Notes: generated by a model not told the origin, from the letters alone. A stretch of DNA of 64,000 bases from Heteronotia binoei (GCF_032191835.1 NC_083237.1:28334001-28398000), one strand, 5' to 3'. Numbered from the stretch's first letter, positions 1-10,572 are shown. Translations and numbers: made by a program.

Positions 1-561
1 ACGACCCCAGATACCCTCTATAGACGTTGGAAGCGGTCCTTCTCCAGAGATTCTTCAAAGCCAAAAAGAACCTCTCCCTGGGATTTCTCGTTAGCCAAAG
101 GACCTCTCCTCAGAACGTTAAGCATATCTTGGCCATCATCTTGCCTAGATGATGTAGACAGCAGGTATTAAAACACCTTCTCTGTCCAGTATAGAGGGTC
201 TGGTGAGCTCCCCCACTGGAAAGCTCGTCAATTCTCCATGAAATCCAAACCGGAAGTCGGGCAACTCTCTATTTATACAACTCTCTATTTATATAGCATA
301 GCATCCGGGGCCTCTCCTCAAAACACCCTCCAAGTTTCAAAAATATTGGATCAGGGGGTCCAATTCTAAGAGCTCCAAAAGAAGGTGCCCCTATCTTTCA
401 TTATTTCCTATGGAGAAAAAGTATTTGAAAGGTGTGCAGCCAGAACTCCCTTTGGAGTTTAATTATGCTTGTCACAACATTGCTCCTGGCTTCGCCCTCA
501 AAGTCTCCTGGCTCCACCCCCAAAGTCCCCAGATATTTCTTGAATTGGACCTGGCAACCCT
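1..561. mobile_element. Right part of a non-autonomous DNA-transposon-like (hAT/MITE-type) repeat
   Basis: Ends in CTGGCAACCCT (551-561), the reverse complement of the AGGGTTGCCA terminus carried by many short repeats in this window. The left end lies outside the window. Confidence 0.45.
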
Positions 562-1725
562 ATCAGTCCCCCCGGAGAAAAACATCCGCTTTGAAGAGTG
601 GATTCATTAGCATTATACCTCCATGAGGATCCTCCTCTCCCCAAACTCTGCCCTTCCCAAGATCCACCCACCAATCTCCAAGAATTTTCCAACCTGGAAC
701 TGGCAACCCTGCCCATCCCAGACAACCTTCAACTGTGACACTAGCCCTAAATGAAAGAGTTGTCAGGTCCTCAACACCCCTGACCTGAGACTAGATAGGT
801 GAGGCCTAGTGATGTCACACCAAATAGTAACTAACAACAACAGTCAAATTTCCACACATCATCTTGGAGAATTGTATCACACGGCACTCATGCACCTGTG
901 GAGTGACCTCCACGTGGCTTTTACAAGATGAGCTAACAGCATACAGAAGTGCAGCTTGACATAAACTGTAGCTGAGTTGCCGCTGCTGGTTGGATTCAAA
1001 CACATACTGTATCTGCAATCGTTACCTCAAGCAGGCAGGCAGAGAAGTGGCAGCAGCCACCGTGTGTGTGGGTTGGCTGCCGGCCCTGAAATTTCAGTCA
1101 GACACTCCCTGCTAATGAGCCCCAAAACCTGAGTTGCAGGGCTAAACTCAATCCACGGTTAGGTTAGATCAGGACAGCAGGTCTGGGCCTCCAGGGTTGC
1201 TGCTTTCAGGTGATAGATTTTTGGGGTTTTGCCTCCTGAAGCTGGATTGGCCCCTTCTCTGCTGGCAGGTGTGTCATTTTTATTGCTATTGGCAGGTTTT
1301 TTGTTTTTACTGACGCTGTGCTTTTAAATAAGGTTGCTAACCTCCTGGTAGGGCCTGAAGTTCTCCTGCTATTAATCTCCAGATGGTACAGATCCGTTCT
1401 CCTGGAGTAAATAGCTGAACTCTGTGGCATGCTGAGGTCCCTACCCAGGCTCCATCCCCAAAATCTCCAGGCAAGGCCAGCCTTGCCACTGGCAAACTAG
1501 GCAATCACCTAGGGTGCCAACCTTCTGGGGGCTCCAAATTGAATGCCCCCATGTCAATCCGTGATGTTAGCGGGGGGTGGGGGCAGAAGTTAGCCTTGCC
1601 TAGGGTGCCAGACAGTCCAGGGCTGGCCCTGTCTCCAGGTATTTCTCCACCCAGAAACTGGCAACCCTGCTTATTTTAAACGCTTATCTTGTGGAATAAA
1701 TCTCTTATGTGAGAAACTTTCCATG

Positions 1726-1935
1726 AGATCCAGTATGGTATTATAACTTTAAGACTACTTCCAGGGAGACCAGCGTTCCTATTCCCGCTTGCCATGACAT
1801 TCACTAGGTGGCTTTGGACCAAATCCTTTCTCTCGCTCAGCGGAACCTACCTCACAGGGACTGTTTAAAGCCTGTTGTGAGGATAAAATGGAGGGACATC
1901 CCATAGCATGAGCATCTCGGAGCAAAGAGTGGAAT
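1726..1935 (+). mobile_element. Old MIR/Squam3-like tRNA-derived SINE
   Basis: Core-like CTCAGCGGAACCTACCTCACAGGG...GTTGTGAGGATAAAATGG motif; degenerate head. Confidence 0.55.
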
Positions 1936-2423
1936 AACAGCTCGCTACAGTCAGAAAAAAAAGATTTAAAAAAAAACATCCCAAACGGTTTCTTAAAGCA
2001 CTTGAAACACACTCGCCATGATCACACACACTCGCCTCTCCTTCCCTCCTCCCCTCCCCTCTCGAACTTTCACTTTCCAACTGGATTTTGCCAGTTCTCA
2101 TAGTAAAATCCAGCTGGAAAGCACTGAAAGTGCATTATTTAGGGCAGGTGATCGCAGCCACTAGGATCTGGAAAAGTTGCTTTCTGTTTCACATTTCGAG
2201 CGTTGGTTTGAGTTATGGGATTTCTTGTTCTGCTACAATAAATAACACCAAAGAGGCTGTATGTGCCTATCACTTGGCGGACGGGAAATGAATGAATTTC
2301 AGGAAGAAGTGATTTCCAGTTCCGCTACTTACGACTCTAACCTCCAGTCCTGACGATTAAAATGTGGAACTGGAAATTACTAGCTTGGAGTTTCCCCCCT
2401 AGCAATTCTTCTGCCAGACGCAC

Positions 2424-2584
2424 CACGTGACGCGCCGTTTCCTACAGCCCGGAGCTTCCCCCCCCTCCCCTCTTGAACGCTCTCGATATTTCGCGTCCCT
2501 CGTCCGGCCACGCCCACGGACCATAACGTCACAGCCCCATGACGCACAGTCTCCGAACGCCGGCTATATAGGCTGAGTGACGCA
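2424..2584 (+). promoter_or_regulatory. PPP1R15A core promoter: TATA box plus a cluster of ATF/CRE-like sites
   Basis: TATATAG 2565-2571; CACGTGACGC 2424-2433; AACGTCA 2525-2531; ATGACGCA 2539-2546; GTGACGCA 2577-2584. CpG-rich context directly upstream of the uORF exon. Confidence 0.7.
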
Positions 2585-2599
2585 GCCGGCTATCAAAAC

Positions 2600-2611
2600 A
2601 TGCCATTCTAA
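2600..2611 (+). promoter_or_regulatory. uORF1 (ATG CCA TTC TAA, MPF*)
   Basis: Read directly from the sequence; lies in the predicted leader. Confidence 0.55.
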
Positions 2612-2653
2612 TCTATTCACTCCAAAAAGCAGCCGCCGTATCGATAGGGAGAC

Positions 2654-2761
2654 ATGGCCAGTGCCGCCGCCGACCCTCGGAGTTCTGCCAAGGTTGCCTT
2701 TCAGTTGATTCCCTGCGCCAGCCCCGGAGCTGTTTGCTGGAGCGAACTGATCCCTGGATAA
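2654..2761 (+). CDS. uORF2, 35 aa MASAAADPRSSAKVAFQLIPCASPGAVCWSELIPG*
   Basis: Strong Kozak context GACATGG. Ends Ile-Pro-Gly-stop, resembling the Pro-Pro-Gly-stop end of the inhibitory mammalian GADD34 uORF2. Stop lies 10 nt before the exon 1 donor. Confidence 0.7.
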   Translation: MASAAADPRSSAKVAFQLIPCASPGAVCWSELIPG

Positions 2762-5102
2762 GACCCCAGAGGTAAGGTGGAAAGGAAGGGAAGCGGGGCT
2801 CACCCTACTGCCCCCAACCACGGCTCTTTTCCGACCCGCTAGATCTCCTGGCCGCTCCCCCACCCCTTTCCAAGCTCCTATCTGTGGTTGCCATTTCCTT
2901 CTGGCCTCACCTACTCCCTGCCCAGGAATCCTGTCTCCCAGATTGCCGGGTGGCTTGACCTCGTCCCACACCCAGTTCCAGAAAACCCAGTAGTCCTGTT
3001 TCCCAAGAGGAACGCCCGGTTCCTGGTTTCCTTGTTTATTCTCTCAGGGAACCCGGGCATCCTGGCGAGCACCCCCACCCTCCCTCTCGGGCCCCCGTCC
3101 ACCACCCTCACACCTCTGCGGCGGGCAGCCGCCCAAACCTTTGACACCCTTCTAATTGCTAGGCAGTTTTGGTCCTTATTCTTGCATAATGCCTGAGTCA
3201 AAATGGTGCCGGTCGATCTTTGGCGCTCTCTGCTAGAGCCACCCGGGAGCGCTGCCTTCCTAGGAAAGCTGCATCCCGATGCTAACCCCTGCCGGGGCAT
3301 CTAAATCTTATTTTCTTGTAATATCTTGGAACTCATTCAGTCTATGAGAGTTCCCATTTTTACCCACCGAAGCCTTATGTTTTGTGTTGCCCCCCCCCCC
3401 CCAAAAATTCTGCTCATCTTTCCTTGTATGTCCAGATTTTATTTCTGCCGCCAAAACTCCTTGCATTTTTGCTTTTTCCACACTAGTGTGCCCCTTTCCA
3501 GTTATATATGTATTTATCCTCTTCTTTTGCCATTGGTGACCCCCAACAACTCCTCCCCCTTTTTGCTGTATTTTCACTTCTCTCAAATGCAGAATTCCTG
3601 GGGAAGACCAACCAGGGAAAAAAAAAACCCCTAATTTAATGTTGGCTCCCCCACCCCCAGCATTGTTTGTTAAGCAGTACCTTTGTTTTTTTTAAAAAAA
3701 TCACAATCCTGCCTTCTGGTCTATCCCTTGTTCACAAGGTGTCATTCCCAGGTCTCTCCACTCCCCCGCCCCCATCTTTCCCAAATATTAACCTACCCGC
3801 TATTAAGAGCTTTCTCAGATTTTGCTCTGGGGTGTCTATGGAGGTTTGCCACTCTTTGGGATGATAGATTTCTATGGGGAGCCCTAGCCTTTATTTTGGA
3901 GAGGACAGGATGATCATCAGGGTCTCCTGGCTGTCAAAATCCAGGTGTTCTCCCAACAACCATCTGCAGCTCTGCTGCTCCTGTACATTGTCCTTCCATG
4001 CATCATTTCCTTTGTGGTGATTCATAAAAGCAAAACTTCCCCTCCCTTCTCTTTGCTTCCTCTCCCCTCCTGCTCCCCCCCTCTGTTCCAGCTCTAACCT
4101 GTTGTGGTCAGAATCTTGGCTTTTCTGCCTCTCTCCCCGACAGCAGCACACGGGAGCCAGCCGGTTGTGTGTGGATGTGAATGATCCCCCCACTTCTGCT
4201 TCCGGACTGGGGTGTTGCCAGCGTTCCAGGGGCACTTGCTGGAGCTTGTTTGGGGCGCGCCCAGGATTAAATCAACCTACACATCCCAGCCAGGAAAACA
4301 GTTCAGAGCTGAAGGAGAAATAAACTGAAGCTCACAGTCAGCAGGGGAGGAGGGAATTCTGCTGGAGTCTGGGATATAGGCCCAAGGAATGCAGGCTTCT
4401 GGCCTCTTCCTCTGACTTGCTAGTCTTGCTCAAAAGATCTGACTGGCCTTTACTAAACCCATGGCACTTCCTTTGCAAAGAAATAAGGTGTCTGTCTTTC
4501 ACCAGACTCCAGTCTGCCCTGAACTCCCAAAGAACCCAGGATTTCTGACCTTTCCAGATCGAGTAACATACTGCACAGCTTAACCGCCCAGTTTAACTTG
4601 CCCCAGGGCTCAGGCAGGTTCCCTGAAAAAGTGGCATAACATCTCTCTAAAACAGGGCTGAAATCTATTATCATTAGCAGGGCTTGGCCTGGAGTGCAAC
4701 AATTCTTAACAGGACCTCTGAGCATGTGCAGGATGTCATTTCCCCGATCAGTAATCAGGACCTGTATTTGCACAGTGTGGATTAGGGAACAGTCTTTTGT
4801 GAATTGATGCATCCCTCCCCTGAATGTATTAAACTGCTTTATATCAGGTAATTGCTCCTGCTGAGTCATTGTGATCTGCTGATTGGCTCTAGACCAGGGA
4901 TGGCCAAACTTGCTTAATGTAAGAGCCACAAAGAACAAATGCCAGATGTTTGAGAGCCACAAGAGATAAACATCAGATGTTTGAAAGCTGCAGGGCAGGC
5001 AGGCAGATAGGCAAATAGATTGGGGAGGGAGAGATAGAAAGAAAGAAACTTTAACTTTAAATGCATTCTCCAAGCTGCAAGCTGGCTTGACTTGGAGAAG
5101 AG

Positions 5103-5524
5103 TGTCAGAACTTGGATGAACTTCAGAAGAGTCCAATACTTGTTGCAAGTTAGGATCTTTATTTGAAGAACTACAGTACTATAGTAACGAAATAACAGTA
5201 ATGGCGATTCTGGGCAGTTGGTTACATTTTATGCCCACAGCAAAGCATAATAAAACAATAATTCACACGGTCTCAAATGGTTGTCTCTTCTTCCCAGCCT
5301 CCGTTATCAGCAAAGGAGGATGCCCCCCTGTTGCGAAGGCCAAACGGCCTGGCTTCAAAGGGCACCTGTGGATGTTAAGCAGAGACTCTCTGCCGCCTGC
5401 CTTACTGCCCTAAATATTTGGCATAGCAGAGAGGCCCGGGTCACTGACCGCTGTCAAGCTTTCTAAGTTGCAACATGGAGTCAGTTTGGTTAAAGCAAAG
5501 CAATCAAAGTTACAAGTTCTGACA
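5103..5524 (-). repeat. 3' LTR of the gypsy element
   Basis: TGTCAGAA...TTCTGACA; differs from the other LTR at 3 positions by eye; adjacent to the PPT. Confidence 0.95.
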
Positions 5525-7744
5525 TACTGCCCCCCCTAAGCTCTTCGGCTTGGGCTTGTGTGGGTACAGTAGGTGAAATTTTCTGAGTAATTGCGGTGCG
5601 GATACATCAGTAGCTTTTACCCACTCATCACAGCTAGGGGGAAAGTACTTCCACCTGATCAGATAATATAGCACCCCCCTTCGGATCTTAGAGTCTAGAA
5701 TATCTAACACCTCATGATGACTCTGACCCTTCACTAATGTCGGAGGCGGCTCCGGGGGGCGAGGATGAAACTGCGTAGCTCCAGGATCCTTGCGAAGAAG
5801 GCTGCAATGAAAAACAGGGTGGATCTTACTTAGGGATTTGGGTAACTCTAGTTCCACATTCACTTTATTGATAACTTTCTTTATTTTGAATGGCCCCAGG
5901 TACTTGAGGGCAAGTTTGTGGCACCCTTGAGGAAGGGGCAAGTTTTTGGTGGATAGGAACACTGTCTCTCCCTCCTTCATTTCCCATTGCGGGGCATGTT
6001 TTTTGTCAAAGTGTCGCTTATACTCCTTTTTTGCTTCTTCCAGATTTTCTTGGATCACTTTCCACCCTTCCCTTATCCCCTCCCACCACTGGAGGCAAGA
6101 AGTGGGCTCTTTCAGTCCTGCAGGGAGGGGGAGGTTTGGGAAAGGCTTTCCCTCGTAGCCGTTGACTATTTGGAAAGGGGAGGTTTTGGTAGAACTATGG
6201 AGGCTGTTATTGTATCCATATTCTGCGAACGGCAGAAGCTCCACCCAATTTGTTTGTTGGTAATTAATGTAACACCTTAGATACTGTTCGAGAAGCCCGT
6301 TCACTCTCTCCGTCTGTCCGTCCGTTTGCGGGTGGTAAGCGGAGCTAAGACCTTGCTCGATGCCAGCTAGCTTGCAAAACTCCCGCCAGAAGTTGGCAAC
6401 GAACTGTGGCCCGCGGTCACTAATGACCTTCTCGGGGAATGAGTGTAGGCGGACCACGTGATTAAAGAAAAGCTGGGCCAATTTCCTAGCTGTGGGCAAT
6501 TTCTTGCAGGGGATGAAGTGGGCTTGCTTTGAAAAAGTGTCAACCACTACCAGTATCACTGTTTTCCCCTGGGATGGAGGAAGTTCCACTATAAAATCCA
6601 TCGACACAACGGCCCAGGGTCGACTGGCCGTGGGGAGGGGGACGAGGTGGCCGGGGGGTTTTCCTCCCCGGCGTTTGGACATGATGCACGTAGGGCATGC
6701 TAGCACGAATTCAGAAACGTCTCTTTTTAGTTTTGGCCACCAAAATTGTCGAGTGATGAGGTGGAGGGTTTTTACATACCCAAAGTGACCGGCCAGGAGG
6801 TTAGAATGGCTCTGTTCTAATACCTCCTTCCTCATAGACCTAGGCACATAGATTTTCCCTTTGTGGAGCCAAAGTCCCCCCTCCCCTTGCTCGAGCCCGT
6901 CAGGGCGCTCTGCTCCTTCTAAGTCTGCCTCTGACGCAAAGCGTTCCTTTTGCGGTAATTCCGGGGCCCCGGTCTTTTTTCCTGAACGGGTAGTGACCCC
7001 TCCCGCGACTGCTGATGGGGGGATGAGAGAGTCGATCACTTCCTCTCGTTGACTCTCGTGCTGAGGCATGCGTGATAGCGCGTCAGCCAAAAAGTTCTTC
7101 GTTCCTGGGATGTGTTTCAGCACGAAGTCAAATTTTGCAAAGAATCCCGCCCACCGGATTTGTTTGGCCGTCAGTTTGCGGCGACCCGTGAGGGCTTCTA
7201 AGTTTTTGTGGTCGGTCCAAATTTCAAAGGGGACTCGGGCTCCCTCTAACCAGGATCTCCAAGTTTTCAAGGCAAACATTACTGCAAAAGCCTCTTTGTC
7301 CCACACCAACCAGTTTCTTTGTTCGTTTGAGAATTTGTGTGAGATATAGGCGCAGGGACGCAGTTCCCCCTCCTCGTTCCTCTGCATCAATATGGCTCCT
7401 ACGGCGACGTCGGAGGCGTCGCATTGCACCACGAAGGGTTTTAGTTCATTGGGGTGAGCCAGTATTGGTTCAGAGGTGAAGAGTTGCTTAAGCTCTTGGA
7501 AAGCATGGTGGCATTCCGGCGTCCATGTCAAGCGCGCCCCGGGTTTTTTCGCTGCTTCCCCCCTCCCCTTCGTTTTTAGGAGCTCCGTGAGAGGGAGCAT
7601 CACCCGGGCGAACCCCTTAATGAATCCGCGGTAGAAATTGGCGAACCCGAGAAAAGATTGTAACTGCCGTCGGGTTCGGGGTGGTTCCCAATCTAGAACA
7701 GCTTGGATTTTTGCCGGGTCCATCGCAAGCCCCTCCCCCGACAC
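5510..7744 (-). CDS. Pol, C-terminal part: end of RT, RNase H, integrase (HHCC, DDE core, GPY/F) and chromodomain
   Basis: CDASDVAVGAILMQ (RNase H); HSNLLAGH..CPTC; SMDFI, VISDRGPQF, YHPQTDGQTER; YLGPFKI; HEVLDILDSKIRRGVLYYLIRWKYFPPSCDEW (chromodomain). In frame with the upstream part, after a TGA. Confidence 0.92.
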   Translation of the reverse strand: MSGEGLAMDPAKIQAVLDWEPPRTRRQLQSFLGFANFYRGFIKGFARVMLPLTELLKTKGRGEAAKKPGARLTWTPECHHAFQELKQLFTSEPILAHPNELKPFVVQCDASDVAVGAILMQRNEEGELRPCAYISHKFSNEQRNWLVWDKEAFAVMFALKTWRSWLEGARVPFEIWTDHKNLEALTGRRKLTAKQIRWAGFFAKFDFVLKHIPGTKNFLADALSRMPQHESQREEVIDSLIPPSAVAGGVTTRSGKKTGAPELPQKERFASEADLEGAERPDGLEQGEGGLWLHKGKIYVPRSMRKEVLEQSHSNLLAGHFGYVKTLHLITRQFWWPKLKRDVSEFVLACPTCIMSKRRGGKPPGHLVPLPTASRPWAVVSMDFIVELPPSQGKTVILVVVDTFSKQAHFIPCKKLPTARKLAQLFFNHVVRLHSFPEKVISDRGPQFVANFWREFCKLAGIEQGLSSAYHPQTDGQTERVNGLLEQYLRCYINYQQTNWVELLPFAEYGYNNSLHSSTKTSPFQIVNGYEGKPFPNLPLPAGLKEPTSCLQWWEGIREGWKVIQENLEEAKKEYKRHFDKKHAPQWEMKEGETVFLSTKNLPLPQGCHKLALKYLGPFKIKKVINKVNVELELPKSLSKIHPVFHCSLLRKDPGATQFHPRPPEPPPTLVKGQSHHEVLDILDSKIRRGVLYYLIRWKYFPPSCDEWVKATDVSAPQLLRKFHLLYPHKPKPKSLGGAVCQNL

Positions 7745-8941
7745 TCAGAATCCCAAGCAGTCTAGTTCCGTCTTGTGGAACTCACACTTAGACAGTTTAG
7801 CATACAATTTGTTCTTACACAGAGTAGTCAATACTTTTCGCACTAGGGGCACATGGGATTCAAGATCTTTCGAATAGATAATGATGTCATCAAGGTACAC
7901 CACCACCCCCTTAAACAGAAACTCTCTCAACACTTCATTTATAAAGTTCATAAAAAACCCCGGCGCTCCCTGGAGCCCGAATGGCATCACTAGATATTCA
8001 AACTGTCCCATAGGTGTGTTGAACGCAGTCTTCCACTCGTCTCCTTCCTTAATCCGCAAGCGAAAGTACGCGTCTCTGAGATCTAGCTTAGTGAAGATCT
8101 TGCCCTCGGTCACTGTGTTCAAAAGGTCTCTTATCAACGGGATCGGGTAAGCATTGGACATAGAAATCCCATTTATCCCGCGAAAATCTGTGCAAAGTCT
8201 AAGCCCCCCGTCCTTTTTCTTGCGGAACAGTACAGGGGCAGCATGGGGGGCCATGGCTGGTCGAATGAAGCCCCGTTTCAAATTTTTGTCAATAAATTTT
8301 CTCAGTTCCGCTTTCTCTGCCCAACCCATGGAATACAGTTTTGCCTTTGGCAGAGTCTGCCCGGGAATGAGTTCGATGGCACAGTCCGTGGGGCGGTGCG
8401 GGGGGAGTTCGTCCGCCTCCCGCTCACTAAAGGCTTTCCTCAAGTCCCTGTATTCTTTGGGGATCGATCCTATCTCTTCGAGGGTGAGGCAGAGTCTTTC
8501 ATTCTGCGGGGGTGCTTTCGGACCCCACTCGGGTCTCCAGTGGTGGTGCTCACACCGCCAGTCCGGGAACCGCACGATTTGCTCTGCCCATCGAATGTCC
8601 GGTTGGTGTTTTGCTAGCCATCCCGATCCCACCACCACATCGAAGGAGCAGGACGGGGCTATGACAAAAGTTTCTACCCCCCAGTGCTCTTCGGTTCCCA
8701 CAGGGGTGGCCTGGGTCTCTAGGGTGCATGGTTCCCCCCTCATGGGCGACCCGTCCATTTGTTCAAATTGGATGGGGTGGGGAAGGGGAGACGTGGCTAA
8801 CCCCAGCGCCTCCACTAAGCGGGGGGTGATAATGTCTCTCGTGCACCCAGAGTCAATCAGGGCCCGGGCGTGCATAAATCTTTTCAGGTTGGGGTTCAAA
8901 AGGGTGACCGCCATGAACAAAAGCCCCCCGGTAACTCTCAC
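7745..8941 (-). CDS. Pol, N-terminal part: aspartic protease and reverse transcriptase, ending at a premature TGA
   Basis: ALIDSGC (protease); LDLRDAYF, YLVMPFGL, VVYLDDII (RT). The frame is open upstream to the slippery site at 9004-9010. Confidence 0.92.
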   Translation of the reverse strand: MRVTGGLLFMAVTLLNPNLKRFMHARALIDSGCTRDIITPRLVEALGLATSPLPHPIQFEQMDGSPMRGEPCTLETQATPVGTEEHWGVETFVIAPSCSFDVVVGSGWLAKHQPDIRWAEQIVRFPDWRCEHHHWRPEWGPKAPPQNERLCLTLEEIGSIPKEYRDLRKAFSEREADELPPHRPTDCAIELIPGQTLPKAKLYSMGWAEKAELRKFIDKNLKRGFIRPAMAPHAAPVLFRKKKDGGLRLCTDFRGINGISMSNAYPIPLIRDLLNTVTEGKIFTKLDLRDAYFRLRIKEGDEWKTAFNTPMGQFEYLVMPFGLQGAPGFFMNFINEVLREFLFKGVVVYLDDIIIYSKDLESHVPLVRKVLTTLCKNKLYAKLSKCEFHKTELDCLGF

Positions 8942-8948
8942 CGTTAGT

Positions 8949-9010
8949 AGTGCCGGCGTTTTATCGACCTGCTTCGCGGCACTGGTTAAAGCAGGTTGCT
9001 GTCGTTTCCC
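8949..9010 (-). promoter_or_regulatory. -1 programmed ribosomal frameshift signal (GGGAAAC heptamer plus H-type pseudoknot)
   Basis: G GGA AAC, 7-nt spacer, stem 1 ACCTGCTT/AAGCAGGT, stem 2 AGTGCCG/CGGCACT. The -1 frame runs open into pol. Confidence 0.85.
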
Positions 9011-10533
9011 GCCGACTCCTGATCCCAGGACTCCTCGCTGGACTCCTCTATGGTGGTAACATCCTCGTCAATCGCCAAGGAAGTGGCGACGGTGCCCCGA
9101 CTGGGCTCCTTCGCTCGCCCGCCTTTCTTTTTCGGCGCGGTGGGCGTCGATTTGGGCTGCATCAGGGTCGGTGTTGGCTTCCCTGGGCAGTTCGCGGCCA
9201 GGTGGTTCGGATCCCCGCACCTGAAACACTTCCGCGCTGCGGTCGAGGGGGTCGAGGTTGCGGGGCCCCGCTTCCCTTCCGTCTTGCTCGGGGAGGGGCT
9301 CGACTTTCCTCCCTTCTTGCCTTGTTGCTGGCGTCGCATCCCGACGTGCTGGAGGTCGGTCTCTACCTCCCCGGCCAGTTGGATCCATCCTACCAGGGTA
9401 TCTGGTCTTCCCTGGTGGTAGCACCGGTCTAGGATGTTCGCGTTCAGGCCGTTCTTGAACGCGGTGTATTTCATTACTTCATTCCATCCCCTGGCTGCCG
9501 CGCAGTGGCCCATGAACTCGGTAGCGTACTCTCGGGTGGTGCGGTTGCCTTGCTCTATTCTTTGTAGGGCCGCGATGGCTTTCTCTTCTCGCAGGGGGTC
9601 TCCGTACTGTCGGAGCATCGCCTGGAGGAAGTCTGCCACGGTGGCTAGCTCGGGTTTCCGTCCCGTATAGAGCCCCACGTACCATTTCTGAGCCGGTCCC
9701 CTCAGTCTGGAGGCGATGTGGTCTACGCGGCTTGCTTCCGTGGGGTACCCCGCTCCCCAGTGCGTGAAAAACGTGTTGCACTGGATCGTAAAGTACTCCA
9801 CCGCTTCTCCGTCCCCGTCGAAGGTGATTTTCAGCTCCCGGTGTCCTCCCCCGTCTCCTCCGGCCGGGGCGACAGGAGCCGGAACTACCGGAGCCACCGG
9901 CCCACCAAGTGGTGGGGCCGGGGGTCCCGCCGGAGGGCCGGCTGGCGGTCCCGCGGGTGGCCCAGCCAGGGGACCTGCTGGAGGGCCGGCCGGGGGCCCA
10001 ATCGGGGGTCCTGCCGGAGGACCGGCTGGCGGCCCCGCGGGGGGTCCCGCCGGGGGCCCGGCCGGTGCGCCTGCCGGAGGGCCCGCCGCCCCCCCCCCCG
10101 GGATTTGCCCTGCGGCCACGACCCCCTGGAGCGTGCGGATTTGGTCGCGAATCGCTCCCAGGTTCTGCTGCATCTCCTCCGCCATAAGGGTTCTGGAGGC
10201 ATGAACCTCATCGTGGATTTCTTTCACCCAATCGAACAATTCGTTGCGTAGTGTTCGGATCGGGTCCCCTCCGCCGTAAGTGCCGAGCCCCTCGTCTCTG
10301 GGCTCGTCCTCGTCCCCTTCTCCCCCGCCCGTGGCGATAATTCGGTAGCGTTGCTCTGCGGCCTCCATAGCGGCCGTAGACTTCCTCGGGCTCCAGATTT
10401 GGGAAGGAAAGGCGTCGACGGAAAACGGCGCGGGGACTTTAATCTTCCTCCTCGCGCCAGTTACCTTCGGGTCGAGGGGTTCCTCGTCTGGTGGGATATT
10501 GGGCTCTCCGTTGTCTGGAGCCAGTGCCGCCAT
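8986..10533 (-). CDS. Gag, 515 aa (capsid-like domain, CCHC zinc knuckle, PPAG repeat tract)
   Basis: CFRCGDPNHLAANC knuckle; capsid-like FDGD..VEYF..RLRGPAQKW..LQRIEQGNRTTREYATEF segment; starts 52 nt past the 5' LTR. Confidence 0.92.
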   Translation of the reverse strand: MAALAPDNGEPNIPPDEEPLDPKVTGARRKIKVPAPFSVDAFPSQIWSPRKSTAAMEAAEQRYRIIATGGGEGDEDEPRDEGLGTYGGGDPIRTLRNELFDWVKEIHDEVHASRTLMAEEMQQNLGAIRDQIRTLQGVVAAGQIPGGGAAGPPAGAPAGPPAGPPAGPPAGPPAGPPIGPPAGPPAGPLAGPPAGPPAGPPAGPPAPPLGGPVAPVVPAPVAPAGGDGGGHRELKITFDGDGEAVEYFTIQCNTFFTHWGAGYPTEASRVDHIASRLRGPAQKWYVGLYTGRKPELATVADFLQAMLRQYGDPLREEKAIAALQRIEQGNRTTREYATEFMGHCAAARGWNEVMKYTAFKNGLNANILDRCYHQGRPDTLVGWIQLAGEVETDLQHVGMRRQQQGKKGGKSSPSPSKTEGKRGPATSTPSTAARKCFRCGDPNHLAANCPGKPTPTLMQPKSTPTAPKKKGGRAKEPSRGTVATSLAIDEDVTTIEESSEESWDQESAGNDSNLL

Positions 10534-10572
10534 CGGGCCAGGTTGCCAGTTCCGATAAGCCCAAACAAAGGG

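Larger units (their letters stand above)
2595..2771 (+). other. PPP1R15A: PPP1R15A exon 1 (5' leader with two uORFs; start approximate)
   Basis: About 30 nt downstream of the TATA box; ends at donor CAGAG|GTAAGG (2771/2772). The next acceptor TTTTCAG|G at 11364/11365 precedes the main ATG, matching the 3-exon GADD34 layout. Confidence 0.7.

Noticed and set aside
4453-5148. 231-aa ORF on -
   Set aside because: Runs from the LTR through a MITE into intronic DNA; chimeric and without motifs.
8154-10251. Long antisense ORFs over gag/pol (e.g. 8154-9059, 8950-9432, 9716-10204)
   Set aside because: Expected shadows of GC-rich coding DNA and the PPAG repeat; no recognisable domains or independent signals.
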